In this document: positions 45,864 through 56,589 of the stretch, one piece after another | Layout of the letters: the number at the start of each line of letters is the position of its first letter | Numbering within the stretch: the first letter of the stretch is position 1 | From: Candidatus Aminicenantia bacterium | Lineage (GTDB): Bacteria; Acidobacteriota; Aminicenantia; UBA2199 | Direction of reading: 5' to 3' | Length of the DNA stretch: 64,000 nucleotides | Assembly (NCBI GenBank): GCA_965225955.1 | Contig: CBDDBX010000027.1 | Location: forward strand, 9,057-73,056 | The notes under the pieces: generated by a model | Told to the model about the DNA's origin: nothing | What the model saw: the letters and a program-made list of their open reading frames with translations, nothing else | The model's database searches: none | Position numbers and translations under genes: made by a program

Positions 45864-47321
45864 ATGTGTGGCGTAATAGGAATATATGACAGTGAAGAAG
45901 TAATTGCAAAAATGTACTCAGCAATGCTGACACTTCAGCATAGAGGACAGGATTCAGCAGGAATAGTAACCTTTGATGGTGCAAGATACCATATGAAAAA
46001 AGGGAACGGGCTTATAAGGGATATCTTTGACACAAATAATGTCTCCCGTCTTACCGGAGATGTTGCAATTGGTCATACAAGATATCCTACAGTAGGTGGT
46101 GGTATCAGTGAGGATGCCCAGCCTTTCTGGATTAATCAGCCATTTGGTATGGCAGGAGCTCACAATGGAAATGTAACAAATTTCTATGAACTGAAAAAAG
46201 AGCTCTTTGAGAAGTCCCAGAAAATTGTTAATTCCAACTGTGACGGAGAGGTTATTCTCCACGTTTTTGCAGAATATATAGATCGTTATAAGAAAAAGAA
46301 GATCACTCCGCAGATTATCTTCGGAGCAGTAAGACATGTATATAAGAAAGTTAAAGGCAGCTATTCAGCAGTAATTCACATTGCCGGTATAGGTATGGTG
46401 GCTTTCAGAGATCCATGGGGACTGAGACCTCTGGTGTTTGGTCAGAAAGACAATAAAACCTTTGGCTTTGCTTCTGAAAGTATTTCCCTGGATATTGTTG
46501 GTCTTGAAAATATTGTTGATGTTGAACATGGCGGAGCAGTTTTTATTAACAGCGAAAAGAAGGTTTATAAGAAAAAGGTACTTAATAAACCATTCAGGCC
46601 ATGTATTTTTGAATATATCTATTTTGCCCGCCCTGATACTGTAATTAACGGTATAAATGTAGATGCGGCAAGAGTTTCTCTTGGAAGAAAACTGGCAAGA
46701 AAAATCAGAAAGGAGAATCTGGATATTGATGTTGTTATTCCGGTTCCCGATTCAGCCAGAGCAGCTGCTATTGAAATTGCCCGCTCACTTCGTGTTAAGT
46801 ATCGTGAAGGTCTGGTTAAAAACAGATACATCGGTCGTACTTTCATAATGCCGGGAAATAGTGTAAGAAAAAAATCCATCAGGGAAAAACTGAATCCTAT
46901 CGTTGATGTAATTAAAGATAAAAGTGTTCTGATTGTAGATGACTCAATTGTAAGAGGTAATACTTCCAAATCAATAGTTGAAATGGTAAGAGAGACGGGG
47001 GCTAAAAAAGTCTATTTTGCATCTTACTCTGCGCCTCTTGTTGAACCTTGCGTCTATGGTATTGATATGCAGACCAGAGGCGAATTTATCGCAGTTGATG
47101 CAACTGATAAGGAAGTTGCTGAAAAACTTGGGGCAGATGCAGTTATCTACCAGAATGTAGCAGATATGGAGCTTGCTGTAAGAGAGCAGAACATGAAAAT
47201 TAAATCTTTCTGTAAAGCCTGCTTCAATGGAATTTATCCTACTAAAGATGTTTCAGATGAGACACTTGAATCCATTGAAGAAGAGAGACTTGATATAAGC
47301 AGAAAGAATGAGAATGAATGA
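45864..47321 (+). CDS. purF: Amidophosphoribosyltransferase.
   Basis: N-terminal 'MCGVIGIY' (Ntn Cys) and a PRTase domain. Confidence 0.9.
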   Translation: MCGVIGIYDSEEVIAKMYSAMLTLQHRGQDSAGIVTFDGARYHMKKGNGLIRDIFDTNNVSRLTGDVAIGHTRYPTVGGGISEDAQPFWINQPFGMAGAHNGNVTNFYELKKELFEKSQKIVNSNCDGEVILHVFAEYIDRYKKKKITPQIIFGAVRHVYKKVKGSYSAVIHIAGIGMVAFRDPWGLRPLVFGQKDNKTFGFASESISLDIVGLENIVDVEHGGAVFINSEKKVYKKKVLNKPFRPCIFEYIYFARPDTVINGINVDAARVSLGRKLARKIRKENLDIDVVIPVPDSARAAAIEIARSLRVKYREGLVKNRYIGRTFIMPGNSVRKKSIREKLNPIVDVIKDKSVLIVDDSIVRGNTSKSIVEMVRETGAKKVYFASYSAPLVEPCVYGIDMQTRGEFIAVDATDKEVAEKLGADAVIYQNVADMELAVREQNMKIKSFCKACFNGIYPTKDVSDETLESIEEERLDISRKNENE

Positions 47322-47333
47322 GAATAACTTTTA

Positions 47334-48470
47334 ATGACAAATAGTGCCGTAGCCAGCTCCGGTAATTTAAGGGGGGTAGAACTTCTGCCTCTCTATTTCA
47401 GACTTTATCGTGAAAAACTTACCTGTACTCTGGTAATAACAAGTGACAGATTTGAGAGAAAAATCTATGTTGTGGATGGAAAACTGATCTTTGCATCTTC
47501 AAACGCTGTAGATGATTCCCTCGGTCGTTTTATGGTGAGAACCCGTATTATTGATGAAGATATCTTCGCCCGGGCCAGTCGCCACATGAAAGACAGGAAA
47601 GTACGTTTTGGTCGTGCTCTTCTGGAAATGAAGCTGATAGATTATGAGAGACTCTGGTATTCAGTGAAACAGCATATGAAGGAGATTATCTTCAGAACTA
47701 TGCAGATTTCAAGAGTTGATTACAGAATCATTCATGATCAACAGGGAATAGAAGAGAATATTACTCTCGATTCGGAGATACCGGAAATTCTGGCAGATTC
47801 TTTGAGACAGGTTAAGAATCAGCAGGATTTTATAACCGATTACTTCGCAGATATAACAAATATATATGTCAGGAATCCGGCTCATGCGGATAGTATCTCT
47901 TTAAGAGAGTATGAAAAACATGTTCTGGATCTTGTAAAAAGAGGGAGTGAGCTTGAAACTCTGATAGAGCAGTGTGAGCTTCTTAAAGAAGATACTCTGA
48001 AGATATTGTACCTGTTTTTATCACTGGGAATTGTTTCAACAGATATCTCCTGTCAGATGAAGAGTGTAAAAGAAGAACCTTCCGGGGATGTTTCATCAGC
48101 ATCTATACCATCCTCTTCCTCTTTCTCATCTTTTGAAGAGGCTCTCGGGTACTATAACAGAAAATATGTAATGGTTTTTAAATCCCTTACCAAAGAGATA
48201 GGCCCAATTGCGTACTCCATTATTTCAAAAGCTCTGGACGAGGTTTCTGAAACTCTTCCGGGGACTCTTAAAAAAGTCAGTCTCTGTTATGATGGAAGAA
48301 TAGAAGAAGAACCCATTCTTAAAGCTGTATGGTATCACGATTTTGATAAGCATATTGCAGAGTTTGTAAGAGGGCTGGAAGAGCTCTTATATGCAGAACT
48401 CTTTGCTATAAAAAAACATCTTGGACCTGCCTATGAGCAGCAGATACTTAAATGGATCAATACTCAGTAA
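47334..48470 (+). CDS. Hypothetical protein (possibly DUF4388/PATAN-like N-terminal domain).
   Basis: 378 aa. No catalytic motifs recognised. The family call is from memory and weak. Confidence 0.4.
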   Translation: MTNSAVASSGNLRGVELLPLYFRLYREKLTCTLVITSDRFERKIYVVDGKLIFASSNAVDDSLGRFMVRTRIIDEDIFARASRHMKDRKVRFGRALLEMKLIDYERLWYSVKQHMKEIIFRTMQISRVDYRIIHDQQGIEENITLDSEIPEILADSLRQVKNQQDFITDYFADITNIYVRNPAHADSISLREYEKHVLDLVKRGSELETLIEQCELLKEDTLKILYLFLSLGIVSTDISCQMKSVKEEPSGDVSSASIPSSSSFSSFEEALGYYNRKYVMVFKSLTKEIGPIAYSIISKALDEVSETLPGTLKKVSLCYDGRIEEEPILKAVWYHDFDKHIAEFVRGLEELLYAELFAIKKHLGPAYEQQILKWINTQ

Positions 48471-48534
48471 AACTTGAGAAGAAGCAGCTGGTTTTTCTGC
48501 GGATAATCTATTTTATTCTGCTCTTTTTCTGCCT

Positions 48535-49452
48535 ATGAAAAAAAATATTGTACAGATTCTGGGACCCACCGGAACAGGTAAAACCCGTATCACAATAGAT
48601 CTTTGTAAAAGAATCAGAGGAGAGGTTATTTCAGCTGATTCAGTTCAGGTTTACAAGGGGTTTGATATTGGATCAGATAAAATAGGAAAAGATGAAATGG
48701 AGGGGGTTCCCCACTTTATGATTGATGTCTTTGATCCGGCAGAGCAGTTTAATGCATCGATATTTCTGGAACACTCTTATAAAATAGCTGACGATATCGT
48801 TGCCAGAGGGGGAGTGCCCGTGGTATGTGGTGGTACAGCTCTGTACCATAGAGTGATGATAAAGGGGCTGTTTCAGGATAAGGGAGCAGTCAGAATCCGA
48901 CGGGAAAAACTTGAAGCCCTTGCTGATTCACTGGGAGTAGAGAGATTGTGGAACCGTGTCAGGGAGTTTGACCCGGAATATGCGGAAACTATAAAAGTTA
49001 CTGATAGAAAACGGATTTTAAGAGCTCTGGAGATCTACTACAACAACGGTATAATACCTTCCAGACTTTCTGAACATAATGTAACCCCTTATAGTGGGTG
49101 GAATTTTATAAGAATCGGTCTTGAAAGGGAGAGACAGCAACTATACAGACGTATTGAAAAAAGGGTTGACCAGATGGTTCACAAAGGCTTGTTTGAAGAG
49201 GTCGCAGCTCTGTTGAAGATCTATCCTGAGAGTGTACCTCCGTTTCAGGCAATTGGTTACAGGGAAGTTGTTCAGTATCTGAATGGTGAACTCTCATACG
49301 ACAGATCTGTTGAGCTGATCAAGCAGCACACGAGGAATTTTGCCAAAAGACAACTCTCCTGGTACAGACAGGAAGAGGATATAATCTGGTTTAATCCAGA
49401 CAAACCTGATGAAATAGTAGATATAGTTTCTGAAATTATTGCTGGTAAATGA
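48535..49452 (+). CDS. miaA: tRNA dimethylallyltransferase.
   Basis: P-loop 'ILGPTGTGKTRI'; 305 aa. Confidence 0.9.
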   Translation: MKKNIVQILGPTGTGKTRITIDLCKRIRGEVISADSVQVYKGFDIGSDKIGKDEMEGVPHFMIDVFDPAEQFNASIFLEHSYKIADDIVARGGVPVVCGGTALYHRVMIKGLFQDKGAVRIRREKLEALADSLGVERLWNRVREFDPEYAETIKVTDRKRILRALEIYYNNGIIPSRLSEHNVTPYSGWNFIRIGLERERQQLYRRIEKRVDQMVHKGLFEEVAALLKIYPESVPPFQAIGYREVVQYLNGELSYDRSVELIKQHTRNFAKRQLSWYRQEEDIIWFNPDKPDEIVDIVSEIIAGK

Positions 49453-49516
49453 GAATAATTTATTCAGATTTTGCGATATGGGAATATAGTGATAAAATTG
49501 TACATCCGGAGGCACA

Positions 49517-50818
49517 ATGTATTATAAACCCCTTATACTCATTTTAGTTCTTGTTTTTCTTGGGTCATGTTCAGCTGGTAAAAAAGTATATCAGATAATT
49601 GATATTCCTGAGATGTCAGCATCACCCTGCGAAGATTTTAATTATAAAAACGGCATGGTACAGCTGAAAACAGGAAGAGCTGAAGAAGCAATCAGGCTTA
49701 TCAGTAGTAGTAGCTGCCCTGATGATGTTAAAAATGTTGGCCTTGGTTATGCCTATATGACAATGAAGAGAAGCGACATGGCTGAAGAGAGTTTTAAAAA
49801 AGCTCTTGAGGTTAATCCGGAAAATATCGATGCATCAGTAGGTTTGGCGAAAATTTATGAAGAGAAGGGTGATAAGAAACAGGCCTGGCATACATACTCA
49901 TCAATTCTTACAAGAGAACCTGAAAACAGGGAAGCAAAAGAGAAGTTTGTTCTCCTGAGCAGCAGTGGAAAAGAAGAGAAACTAAAAGAGGCTCAGAACT
50001 ATTTTGATAAAGGTGAGCAGGATAAATACATTGAAGCTCTTGAAGAGGCGGCAGCATATTCAGCAGATGATCCGGAGCTGTTGAAAAGAATTGCTGATTA
50101 CTTTTTTGAAAATCAGAACTATACAAGTGCTCTGAAATATTTTGAGAAATTAAGGGATATTGACGGAGAAGATTCTGTTATAGATCAGCTTGCAGTCTGT
50201 TATGAAAATACTGATAAAATCGATGCAGCAATAATTCTGTACAGCAGGCAGTTGCAGAAGAATCCCGGAAGTATTGAGTTGCAGAATAAGATCAATGAAC
50301 TGAAAGCACGATTTGTAGATACTGAACTGCCAAATCAGTTTAAAGATATCTTCTTCAAAGATGAACTTAACAGAGAAGATCTTGCAATACTTATAGGTCA
50401 CTATTTTGAAAACTACCTGGATCTGAATAACCGTCCTGTGATCATCACAGATATTAACAGAACATTTTCCAGAAACTATATTATAAAAGTCTGTACTCAC
50501 GGAATCATGCAAATCAGACCTGATCACTCTTTTGGTGGAAATCTGAAAGTTAACAAAATCGAATTTGCTTCAGCAATGAAGAAGCTGATGGAAGTGCTTC
50601 TTAAAAGAGGAGATGTGCAGTTCTCTCTGAATCCTTCTGAAAAACCAGCTCCTTCAGATATCGATGAAGCTCACAGATATTTTCAGACTATAAATTTTGT
50701 AACAGGGTACGGAATTATGGAACTTGACGATGAAAACAGATTTAATGCTTCAGAAATTATGAATCCCGTAAAGAGTCTTGAGGTTATAAGAAGAATTCTG
50801 AATCTTATTGAGTCCTGA
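49517..50818 (+). CDS. TPR-repeat lipoprotein.
   Basis: Lipobox 'FLGSCS'; multiple TPR-like helical repeats. Confidence 0.6.
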   Translation: MYYKPLILILVLVFLGSCSAGKKVYQIIDIPEMSASPCEDFNYKNGMVQLKTGRAEEAIRLISSSSCPDDVKNVGLGYAYMTMKRSDMAEESFKKALEVNPENIDASVGLAKIYEEKGDKKQAWHTYSSILTREPENREAKEKFVLLSSSGKEEKLKEAQNYFDKGEQDKYIEALEEAAAYSADDPELLKRIADYFFENQNYTSALKYFEKLRDIDGEDSVIDQLAVCYENTDKIDAAIILYSRQLQKNPGSIELQNKINELKARFVDTELPNQFKDIFFKDELNREDLAILIGHYFENYLDLNNRPVIITDINRTFSRNYIIKVCTHGIMQIRPDHSFGGNLKVNKIEFASAMKKLMEVLLKRGDVQFSLNPSEKPAPSDIDEAHRYFQTINFVTGYGIMELDDENRFNASEIMNPVKSLEVIRRILNLIES

Positions 50819-50883
50819 TATATCTATACATAATAGCAGAATATTGTTGCTATCTTCATTTTAATGAACTATTCTGAATAGTA

Positions 50884-53800
50884 ATGGAAGTAAGCATATT
50901 TAAGCAGCCGGGTTTTAAGTTCAGAGTACTGCTTTCAGTTGTTCTGATACTACTATTTACGGAAATATCTTATGCTCACGCATATAGCCTTAAATTCAGT
51001 TTTTATGGTCCACGAGACGGTATTGCGGGAAATCAGGTTAATGCTGTTGTACAGGGAAGATCCGGCTACATGTGGTTTGGTACTGAGGATGGAATAAGTC
51101 GGTTTGACGGCTATGAATTTCTGAATCCTGATCAGGAAACCCTCCTCCCCGACAGTAGAGTCTTCTCACTGTGCAGTAGTCTGGATGGCAGCCTCTGGGC
51201 AGGTACACAAAGCGGTATCAGTAGAATTAATACAGCAGATCTTACAAGCAGATTGTTCTATTTCTATTCAGATCATGGAGTGGAAAAGCCTCTGGATTCA
51301 GTGAGAGTTATTATACAAAGCAGAGAGGAACGAATCTGGGCAGGTACTGGTGAGGCTCTACTCTTTTTCAATGAAGATCGTGGAAGATTTGAGAAAGTTG
51401 CAGATATTGATGTTACTGCTCCAGGTATTTTCAGCATTGTTGAAGGAATGGGGTCCTACTTATGGATTAGCACCGGAACCCGGTTATTAAGATACGATAC
51501 AGAAACCTACGAAGTTTTAAGTATAGAAGGAAAAGATATCGACCCGAAATCAGGGGCTGATACATTTATTCTCAGTCTCAACTCAAAAAAAGATGGAAAA
51601 CTGTGGATAGGTACAAATAACGGACTTTTTCTTTACGAATACTCTCCTGAAGAAAAGTTCAGTGCAGGACAGGTTGCACATGTTCTGAAAAGTGAGATGA
51701 TACTGGATATATTCATCTCTCCTGATGAAGATATGTGGCTTGGTACCATGAACGGTCTGATAAGAATACAGAATAAAGGACGGAGATCTATAAGGTATTC
51801 CGAAAACTATCTTACTACCCATAATCTCAGAGGCAATGCTGTTTATGCAATGTTTATGGATAGAGCCGGAATATTCTGGGCCGGTACAAACAGGGGTATT
51901 AATAAGTTTGACTGGGGAAAGCAGAGATTCAGATATATTGCAGATAAAAAAAACTCATCAGAGAGTTTTAAAGATAATATCCTGTCAGTATCAAAAGGGA
52001 GTCAGGGAATCTGGATCGGTACAGGCAGGGGAGTCTGGTACTACAAATGTGGTAGTAGCCAGTCTGGTTTTATAAAAAAGCTTAATGGTCAGAAAGAGTT
52101 TAACACTCCTGTATCTGTTATTTTTGAAGATAGTCGTAAGAGACTCTGGCTAAGTAGTATAAACGGTTTCTATTGCTATCACATATCAACCGAAGTATTT
52201 GAAGTTATAAGTGTGCTGGAAGAGGGAGAGAGGGGTGAAAATATCAACGCCCTTTTTGAAGACAGCACAGGTAGAATATGGATCGGATCTGACAGAGGGA
52301 TAAGCTATTTCAGGGAAACAGACCACACTCTTGTATCGGTTAAATGCAGAAAGAGAGGAGATGTTAATGTAACCTCTTTTTATGAAACCAGTAATAAGAA
52401 GCTCTATGCAGGCACAACAGATGCGGGTCTCTTTGTACTGGAAAAAGGTGGTGGTTCTTCAGGTATCTATTTCGATCATATAGGATGGGAAGACAACACC
52501 TCGTTCAGAATCAATACTGTTTCTGAGGATTTTGACGGAAAAGTTCTGGCAGGAACCGACAGAGGACTCCTGTGTATTGATGAAAGAGGTAAGATGGTTA
52601 AAGTACCATGGCTTCAGAACCATCTTGCAGGAAGAGTAATAAACTTCATTATACCTGTAAGGAACCGTATGACTCACAGTAATGAGTTGTGGTTTGGTAC
52701 AGAAACAGGTCTGTTAAGAATCAATAAAAAAAGTGGCACATATACAGATTACAGAGTTGATGACGGACTTCTTAATGAGTATTTTACCCACGGTGTTATT
52801 GCGGATGACGGAACAGTTTTTGCCGGAACACTGAAAGGAGTCACAATATTTAAAGCTGAAGAGATAAATCCAAATCTCTTCTCTCCTGAAATTGTTCTGG
52901 CTAACCTGAAGATTATGGGGAAAGCCCGAAAGAGACCTGAACCTGGTAAGGATGGAGTAAGTTTTATCAGAGTACCTTATGATCAGAATGTAATTTCACT
53001 GAAATTTGCAGCTCTTAATTTTTCCGAGCCATCCAAAAACAGATATGCATACAGGCTTGGTGGAGTTAACAGTAAATGGATTGATCTTGGAACTAAAAGA
53101 GAGATTACTCTCTTTAATCTCAATCCAGGGGAATACCAGCTTGAAGTGATTGCTTCAAACAGTGATAAAATATGGAATAGACAAGGGAGACTCTTTCTGA
53201 TTGAAGTAACCCCTCCATTATGGATGACCACTACTTTCAGAGTTATTATAGGGCTTATCTTAATGGTTGTAGTTCTGTTCATATATAATGCCAGAATACG
53301 TATTGTAAGAAGGCAGAACAGAAGGCTTCAGGAGCTTGTTGATGCAAGAACCGGTGAATTGAAGAGAGCCAACGAAGAGCTTGAAAAGCTGGCTCAGCTG
53401 GATTCCTTAACTCAGCTGCCAAACAGAAGAAGCTTCTTTGAGAGAGCGGACCGACTGTTTTCAATGGCTGAAAGGGAAAAGTATCCTGTTGCAATTATTA
53501 TGGTGGATGTGGATTACTTTAAAAGATATAACGACTCATACGGCCATCAGGCAGGAGATGAGTGCCTGGTGGAGATGGGCAGTGTGTTGCGGAAATCTGT
53601 GAAGAGATCAGGAGATATTGTTGCAAGATATGGTGGGGAAGAGTTCATTGTGCTTCTATACAATACTGAAAAAGAAGGAGCTCTTAAGGTTGCCGGAAGA
53701 ATCAGAAAAAGGCTACATAAGAAAGATATCGGTTTTGATAAATCGGAGATATCTGACAGAGTCACTGTGAGTCAGGGAATTGCTGTAATGGTTCCCGATG

Positions 53801-53952
53801 AAAAGTTCAATTCTGATATAGCTATTCTTGCAGCAGATACAGCACTTTATCAGGCAAAAGCCAGTGGACGTAACTGTGTATTCTTTTTTAATGAAGATCT
53901 TGTAGCTGTAAACGGGGATTATACAAAAAATAAGGATTCTGTGAGAATTTAA
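50884..53952 (+). CDS. Diguanylate cyclase with periplasmic two-component-regulator beta-propeller (Y_Y_Y-type) sensor, one TM and a C-terminal GGDEF domain.
   Basis: Repeated 'WIGT/WFGT/WAGT' propeller motifs; TM 'IIGLILMVVVLFIY'; GGDEF 'RYGGEEF'. Confidence 0.8.
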   Translation: MEVSIFKQPGFKFRVLLSVVLILLFTEISYAHAYSLKFSFYGPRDGIAGNQVNAVVQGRSGYMWFGTEDGISRFDGYEFLNPDQETLLPDSRVFSLCSSLDGSLWAGTQSGISRINTADLTSRLFYFYSDHGVEKPLDSVRVIIQSREERIWAGTGEALLFFNEDRGRFEKVADIDVTAPGIFSIVEGMGSYLWISTGTRLLRYDTETYEVLSIEGKDIDPKSGADTFILSLNSKKDGKLWIGTNNGLFLYEYSPEEKFSAGQVAHVLKSEMILDIFISPDEDMWLGTMNGLIRIQNKGRRSIRYSENYLTTHNLRGNAVYAMFMDRAGIFWAGTNRGINKFDWGKQRFRYIADKKNSSESFKDNILSVSKGSQGIWIGTGRGVWYYKCGSSQSGFIKKLNGQKEFNTPVSVIFEDSRKRLWLSSINGFYCYHISTEVFEVISVLEEGERGENINALFEDSTGRIWIGSDRGISYFRETDHTLVSVKCRKRGDVNVTSFYETSNKKLYAGTTDAGLFVLEKGGGSSGIYFDHIGWEDNTSFRINTVSEDFDGKVLAGTDRGLLCIDERGKMVKVPWLQNHLAGRVINFIIPVRNRMTHSNELWFGTETGLLRINKKSGTYTDYRVDDGLLNEYFTHGVIADDGTVFAGTLKGVTIFKAEEINPNLFSPEIVLANLKIMGKARKRPEPGKDGVSFIRVPYDQNVISLKFAALNFSEPSKNRYAYRLGGVNSKWIDLGTKREITLFNLNPGEYQLEVIASNSDKIWNRQGRLFLIEVTPPLWMTTTFRVIIGLILMVVVLFIYNARIRIVRRQNRRLQELVDARTGELKRANEELEKLAQLDSLTQLPNRRSFFERADRLFSMAEREKYPVAIIMVDVDYFKRYNDSYGHQAGDECLVEMGSVLRKSVKRSGDIVARYGGEEFIVLLYNTEKEGALKVAGRIRKRLHKKDIGFDKSEISDRVTVSQGIAVMVPDEKFNSDIAILAADTALYQAKASGRNCVFFFNEDLVAVNGDYTKNKDSVRI

Positions 53953-54018
53953 AAAAGCTATTAAAATCAAATTTATAGTATGCTAGAATTGTGATTATTT
54001 AATCAGGAGAAGAGATAT

Positions 54019-54465
54019 ATGAAAAAGACAATTTTAATTCTTATGATCTGCTTTGCTTTTGTTATGACAGCGAGCGCAAAAGATTATTCAGACCTCAAAG
54101 CTGTTATGACTAAAATGGTAGATGCAACAGAAGCTTTTGCTAAAGAAGCTAATGTTGTAAAAGATGCTGCTGGTGCAGCTAAAGCAATCAGAAACTATAC
54201 AAAGAATGTTACTCCAATTGTAGAAGATATGGTTAAGCTGCCTAAAAAGTATCCTGAACTGGAAGGTATGGAAAAAGATCCATCAAAACTTCCTGCTGAA
54301 CTCAAAGATCTTGGTGCAAGAATGGAAAAAATGCAGCCAATGATGCAGACAGCAATGATGAAAATCATGGCTTATGGAAACGATCCTGAAGTTCAGAAAG
54401 CAACAATGGAAATGCAGCAGGTCTGGATGAAAATGGCAGCAGCTGCAAAAAAAGACAAAAAGTAG
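54019..54465 (+). CDS. Small secreted Met-rich helical protein of unknown function.
   Basis: Signal peptide MKKTILILMICFAFVMTASA. C-terminal half has 'MEKMQPMMQTAMMKIMAYG...MEMQQVWMKM'. Confidence 0.5.
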   Translation: MKKTILILMICFAFVMTASAKDYSDLKAVMTKMVDATEAFAKEANVVKDAAGAAKAIRNYTKNVTPIVEDMVKLPKKYPELEGMEKDPSKLPAELKDLGARMEKMQPMMQTAMMKIMAYGNDPEVQKATMEMQQVWMKMAAAAKKDKK

Positions 54466-54541
54466 ATCTTATCAGTAAAAAAACGGGCAGTATCTCTTAC
54501 TGCCCACCCATCACTCAATAATTAAATCAGGAGAATCCATA

Positions 54542-56329
54542 ATGATTAAAAACAGATTAGAAAAACTGAGAAAACTTATGTCTGAAAAAGGAGTTAAAAC
54601 TTATATAATTCCCGGAACAGACCCACATGGTAGTGAATATCTGCCGGAACTCTGGAAAAGGAGAGAGTGGTTAAGTGGTTTTGACGGATCTGCCGGAGAT
54701 CTTGTGGTGTCAATGGATTCTGCTGGTTTATGGACAGATTCAAGATATTTTATTCAGGCTGAAAAACAGCTTGAAGATACAGGTATAACTCTTTTTAAAT
54801 TGAGACAGCCTGAAACACCTGAACTTTTCGACTGGGTTGAATCAACTCTTAATGAAGGGGAAGTGGCAGCAGTAGATCCTCTTTTAACCTCTTACGGGGA
54901 ATTCAGGATTCTGGAAAACAGATTCAGAGCTAAAGGACTGGTTCTCAGGGGGCTTGAAGAAAACCTGGTGGATCTTATAAGGGAAGATACTCCCTCAATG
55001 CCAATGGAGCCTATTGTAACTCTGGATATTGAATTTGCCGGTGTAACTGCTGCAGATAAGCTTGAAAATCTCAGAAATGCATTCAGAAGCAGAGGGGCAG
55101 ATTCTATTGTTCTGACTCAGCTTGATGATATCTCATGGCTCTTCAATGTAAGAAGCTGTGATGTTATGTACAACCCTGTAGTAATATCTTATGCCTGGGT
55201 AACTGTTGACAGAGCGGTTTTATATGTAGAAGCCGGTAAAGTTACTGATGAGGTAAAAAAGCATGCTGAAGAGAACTCTTTCGAGTTAAGGGATTACGGT
55301 CTTTTTATAAAAGATCTTAAAGAAGGATACTGTGAATCTTCAGCTCTGATGATAAATGAGGGAGCAGTAAGTTACTGTGTCAGAGGTTCGGTAAGTGCCG
55401 GGAAGGTTATAAACAGCGAAAGTCCTGTTGTATATATGAAAGCTGTTAAGAACGCAGCTGAACTTGAATGCTTCCGTAAAGCTCATGTTGCTGACGGAGT
55501 AGCAATGGTAAGGTTTATTAAATGGCTGAAAGAGATTGCAGATATAGAAACTGTAACTGAGCTTGACGCTTCTGATAAACTTGAAGAGTTCAGGCAGATG
55601 GGTGAGGAATACAGAGGTAAAAGCTTTTCAACAATTTCTGCTTTCGGGCCAAATGGAGCAATTGTTCATTATGAAGCAACTGAGGCGGAGAATGCTCAGT
55701 TTAAAAAAGATCAGCTCTATCTCATAGATTCCGGTGGTCAGTATAACGGGGCCTTAACAGATATCACCAGAACCCTTCTTACAGGCACTCCTTCTGCTAA
55801 TATGAAGAAGCACTATACTCTTGTATTAAAGGGGATGATTAATCTTTCCGCTGCAGCTTTCCCTGCAGATACTTCAGGTGTAAGGCTCGATACTCTTGCA
55901 AGATCGCCCTTGTGGGAGCATGGCATAAACTATATGCACGGAACAGGCCATGGAGTCGGGGCAGGATTGAGTGTTCATGAATCTCCTCCGTCAATATCTT
56001 TTTATGGTCCAAGCCACAGATTAATTAAGGCTGGTATGGTTAATTCTATCGAGCCGGGAATCTATCTGGAAGGGGAGTATGGCATCAGGCTTGAGAATAT
56101 TGTCCAGGCTGTTAAGGATGAAGCCATATCGTCAGAAAGTAGTGAGTATCTGAGGTTTGACTACTTTACTCTCTGTCCTTTCGAAAAAGAGCTTATTGAT
56201 GTAACTCTTCTCTCTGAAAGAGATAGGGCTTATATTAATAAATATCACTCAGAAGTCTATAGAATACTGAAAGAGCACCTCTCAGATGAGGAAAAAGAGT
56301 GGTTAAGAAGAGCAACTGAAGAAATATAA
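54542..56329 (+). CDS. Xaa-Pro aminopeptidase (M24B aminopeptidase P, three-domain type).
   Basis: 595 aa; M24 metal ligands 'HGTGHGVG' and 'DSGGQY'. Confidence 0.8.
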   Translation: MIKNRLEKLRKLMSEKGVKTYIIPGTDPHGSEYLPELWKRREWLSGFDGSAGDLVVSMDSAGLWTDSRYFIQAEKQLEDTGITLFKLRQPETPELFDWVESTLNEGEVAAVDPLLTSYGEFRILENRFRAKGLVLRGLEENLVDLIREDTPSMPMEPIVTLDIEFAGVTAADKLENLRNAFRSRGADSIVLTQLDDISWLFNVRSCDVMYNPVVISYAWVTVDRAVLYVEAGKVTDEVKKHAEENSFELRDYGLFIKDLKEGYCESSALMINEGAVSYCVRGSVSAGKVINSESPVVYMKAVKNAAELECFRKAHVADGVAMVRFIKWLKEIADIETVTELDASDKLEEFRQMGEEYRGKSFSTISAFGPNGAIVHYEATEAENAQFKKDQLYLIDSGGQYNGALTDITRTLLTGTPSANMKKHYTLVLKGMINLSAAAFPADTSGVRLDTLARSPLWEHGINYMHGTGHGVGAGLSVHESPPSISFYGPSHRLIKAGMVNSIEPGIYLEGEYGIRLENIVQAVKDEAISSESSEYLRFDYFTLCPFEKELIDVTLLSERDRAYINKYHSEVYRILKEHLSDEEKEWLRRATEEI

Positions 56330-56457
56330 TAAAAGATTAAATTTTATATAAAGAAAGTTAATGACTCAAAAAGTAGTGGTGGTCAGTGATGCAGGGAAAA
56401 GGTTGAATTTTCGTATGCTAAAAACCAGAAAATTCAGTATAAATTCTGCGCAGAATA

Positions 56458-56486
56458 TTGACACACCACCACATCTTTGATAGAAT
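56458..56486 (+). promoter_or_regulatory. Sigma70-type promoter candidate for the tRNA-Ser gene.
   Basis: TTGACA (56458..56463), a 17-nt spacer, TAGAAT (56481..56486); about 13 nt upstream of the tRNA 5' end. Confidence 0.45.
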
Positions 56487-56499
56487 TACTTTCGTTGAC

Positions 56500-56589
56500 G
56501 GAGAGTTGGCAGAGCGGTTGAATGCGGCGGTCTTGAAAACCGTTGAGCCTTTGCGGGTTCCCGGGGTTCGAATCCCTGACTCTCCGCCA
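56500..56589 (+). tRNA. tRNA-Ser (anticodon UGA), class II with long variable arm, CCA encoded.
   Basis: Hand-folded: 7-bp acceptor stem GGAGAGT/ACTCTCC, a D arm, anticodon stem GCGGT/ACCGT with loop CUUGAAA (UGA at positions 34-36), a ~19-nt variable arm, T arm CGGGG-TTCGAAT-CCCTG, discriminator G, CCA. Confidence 0.9.
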
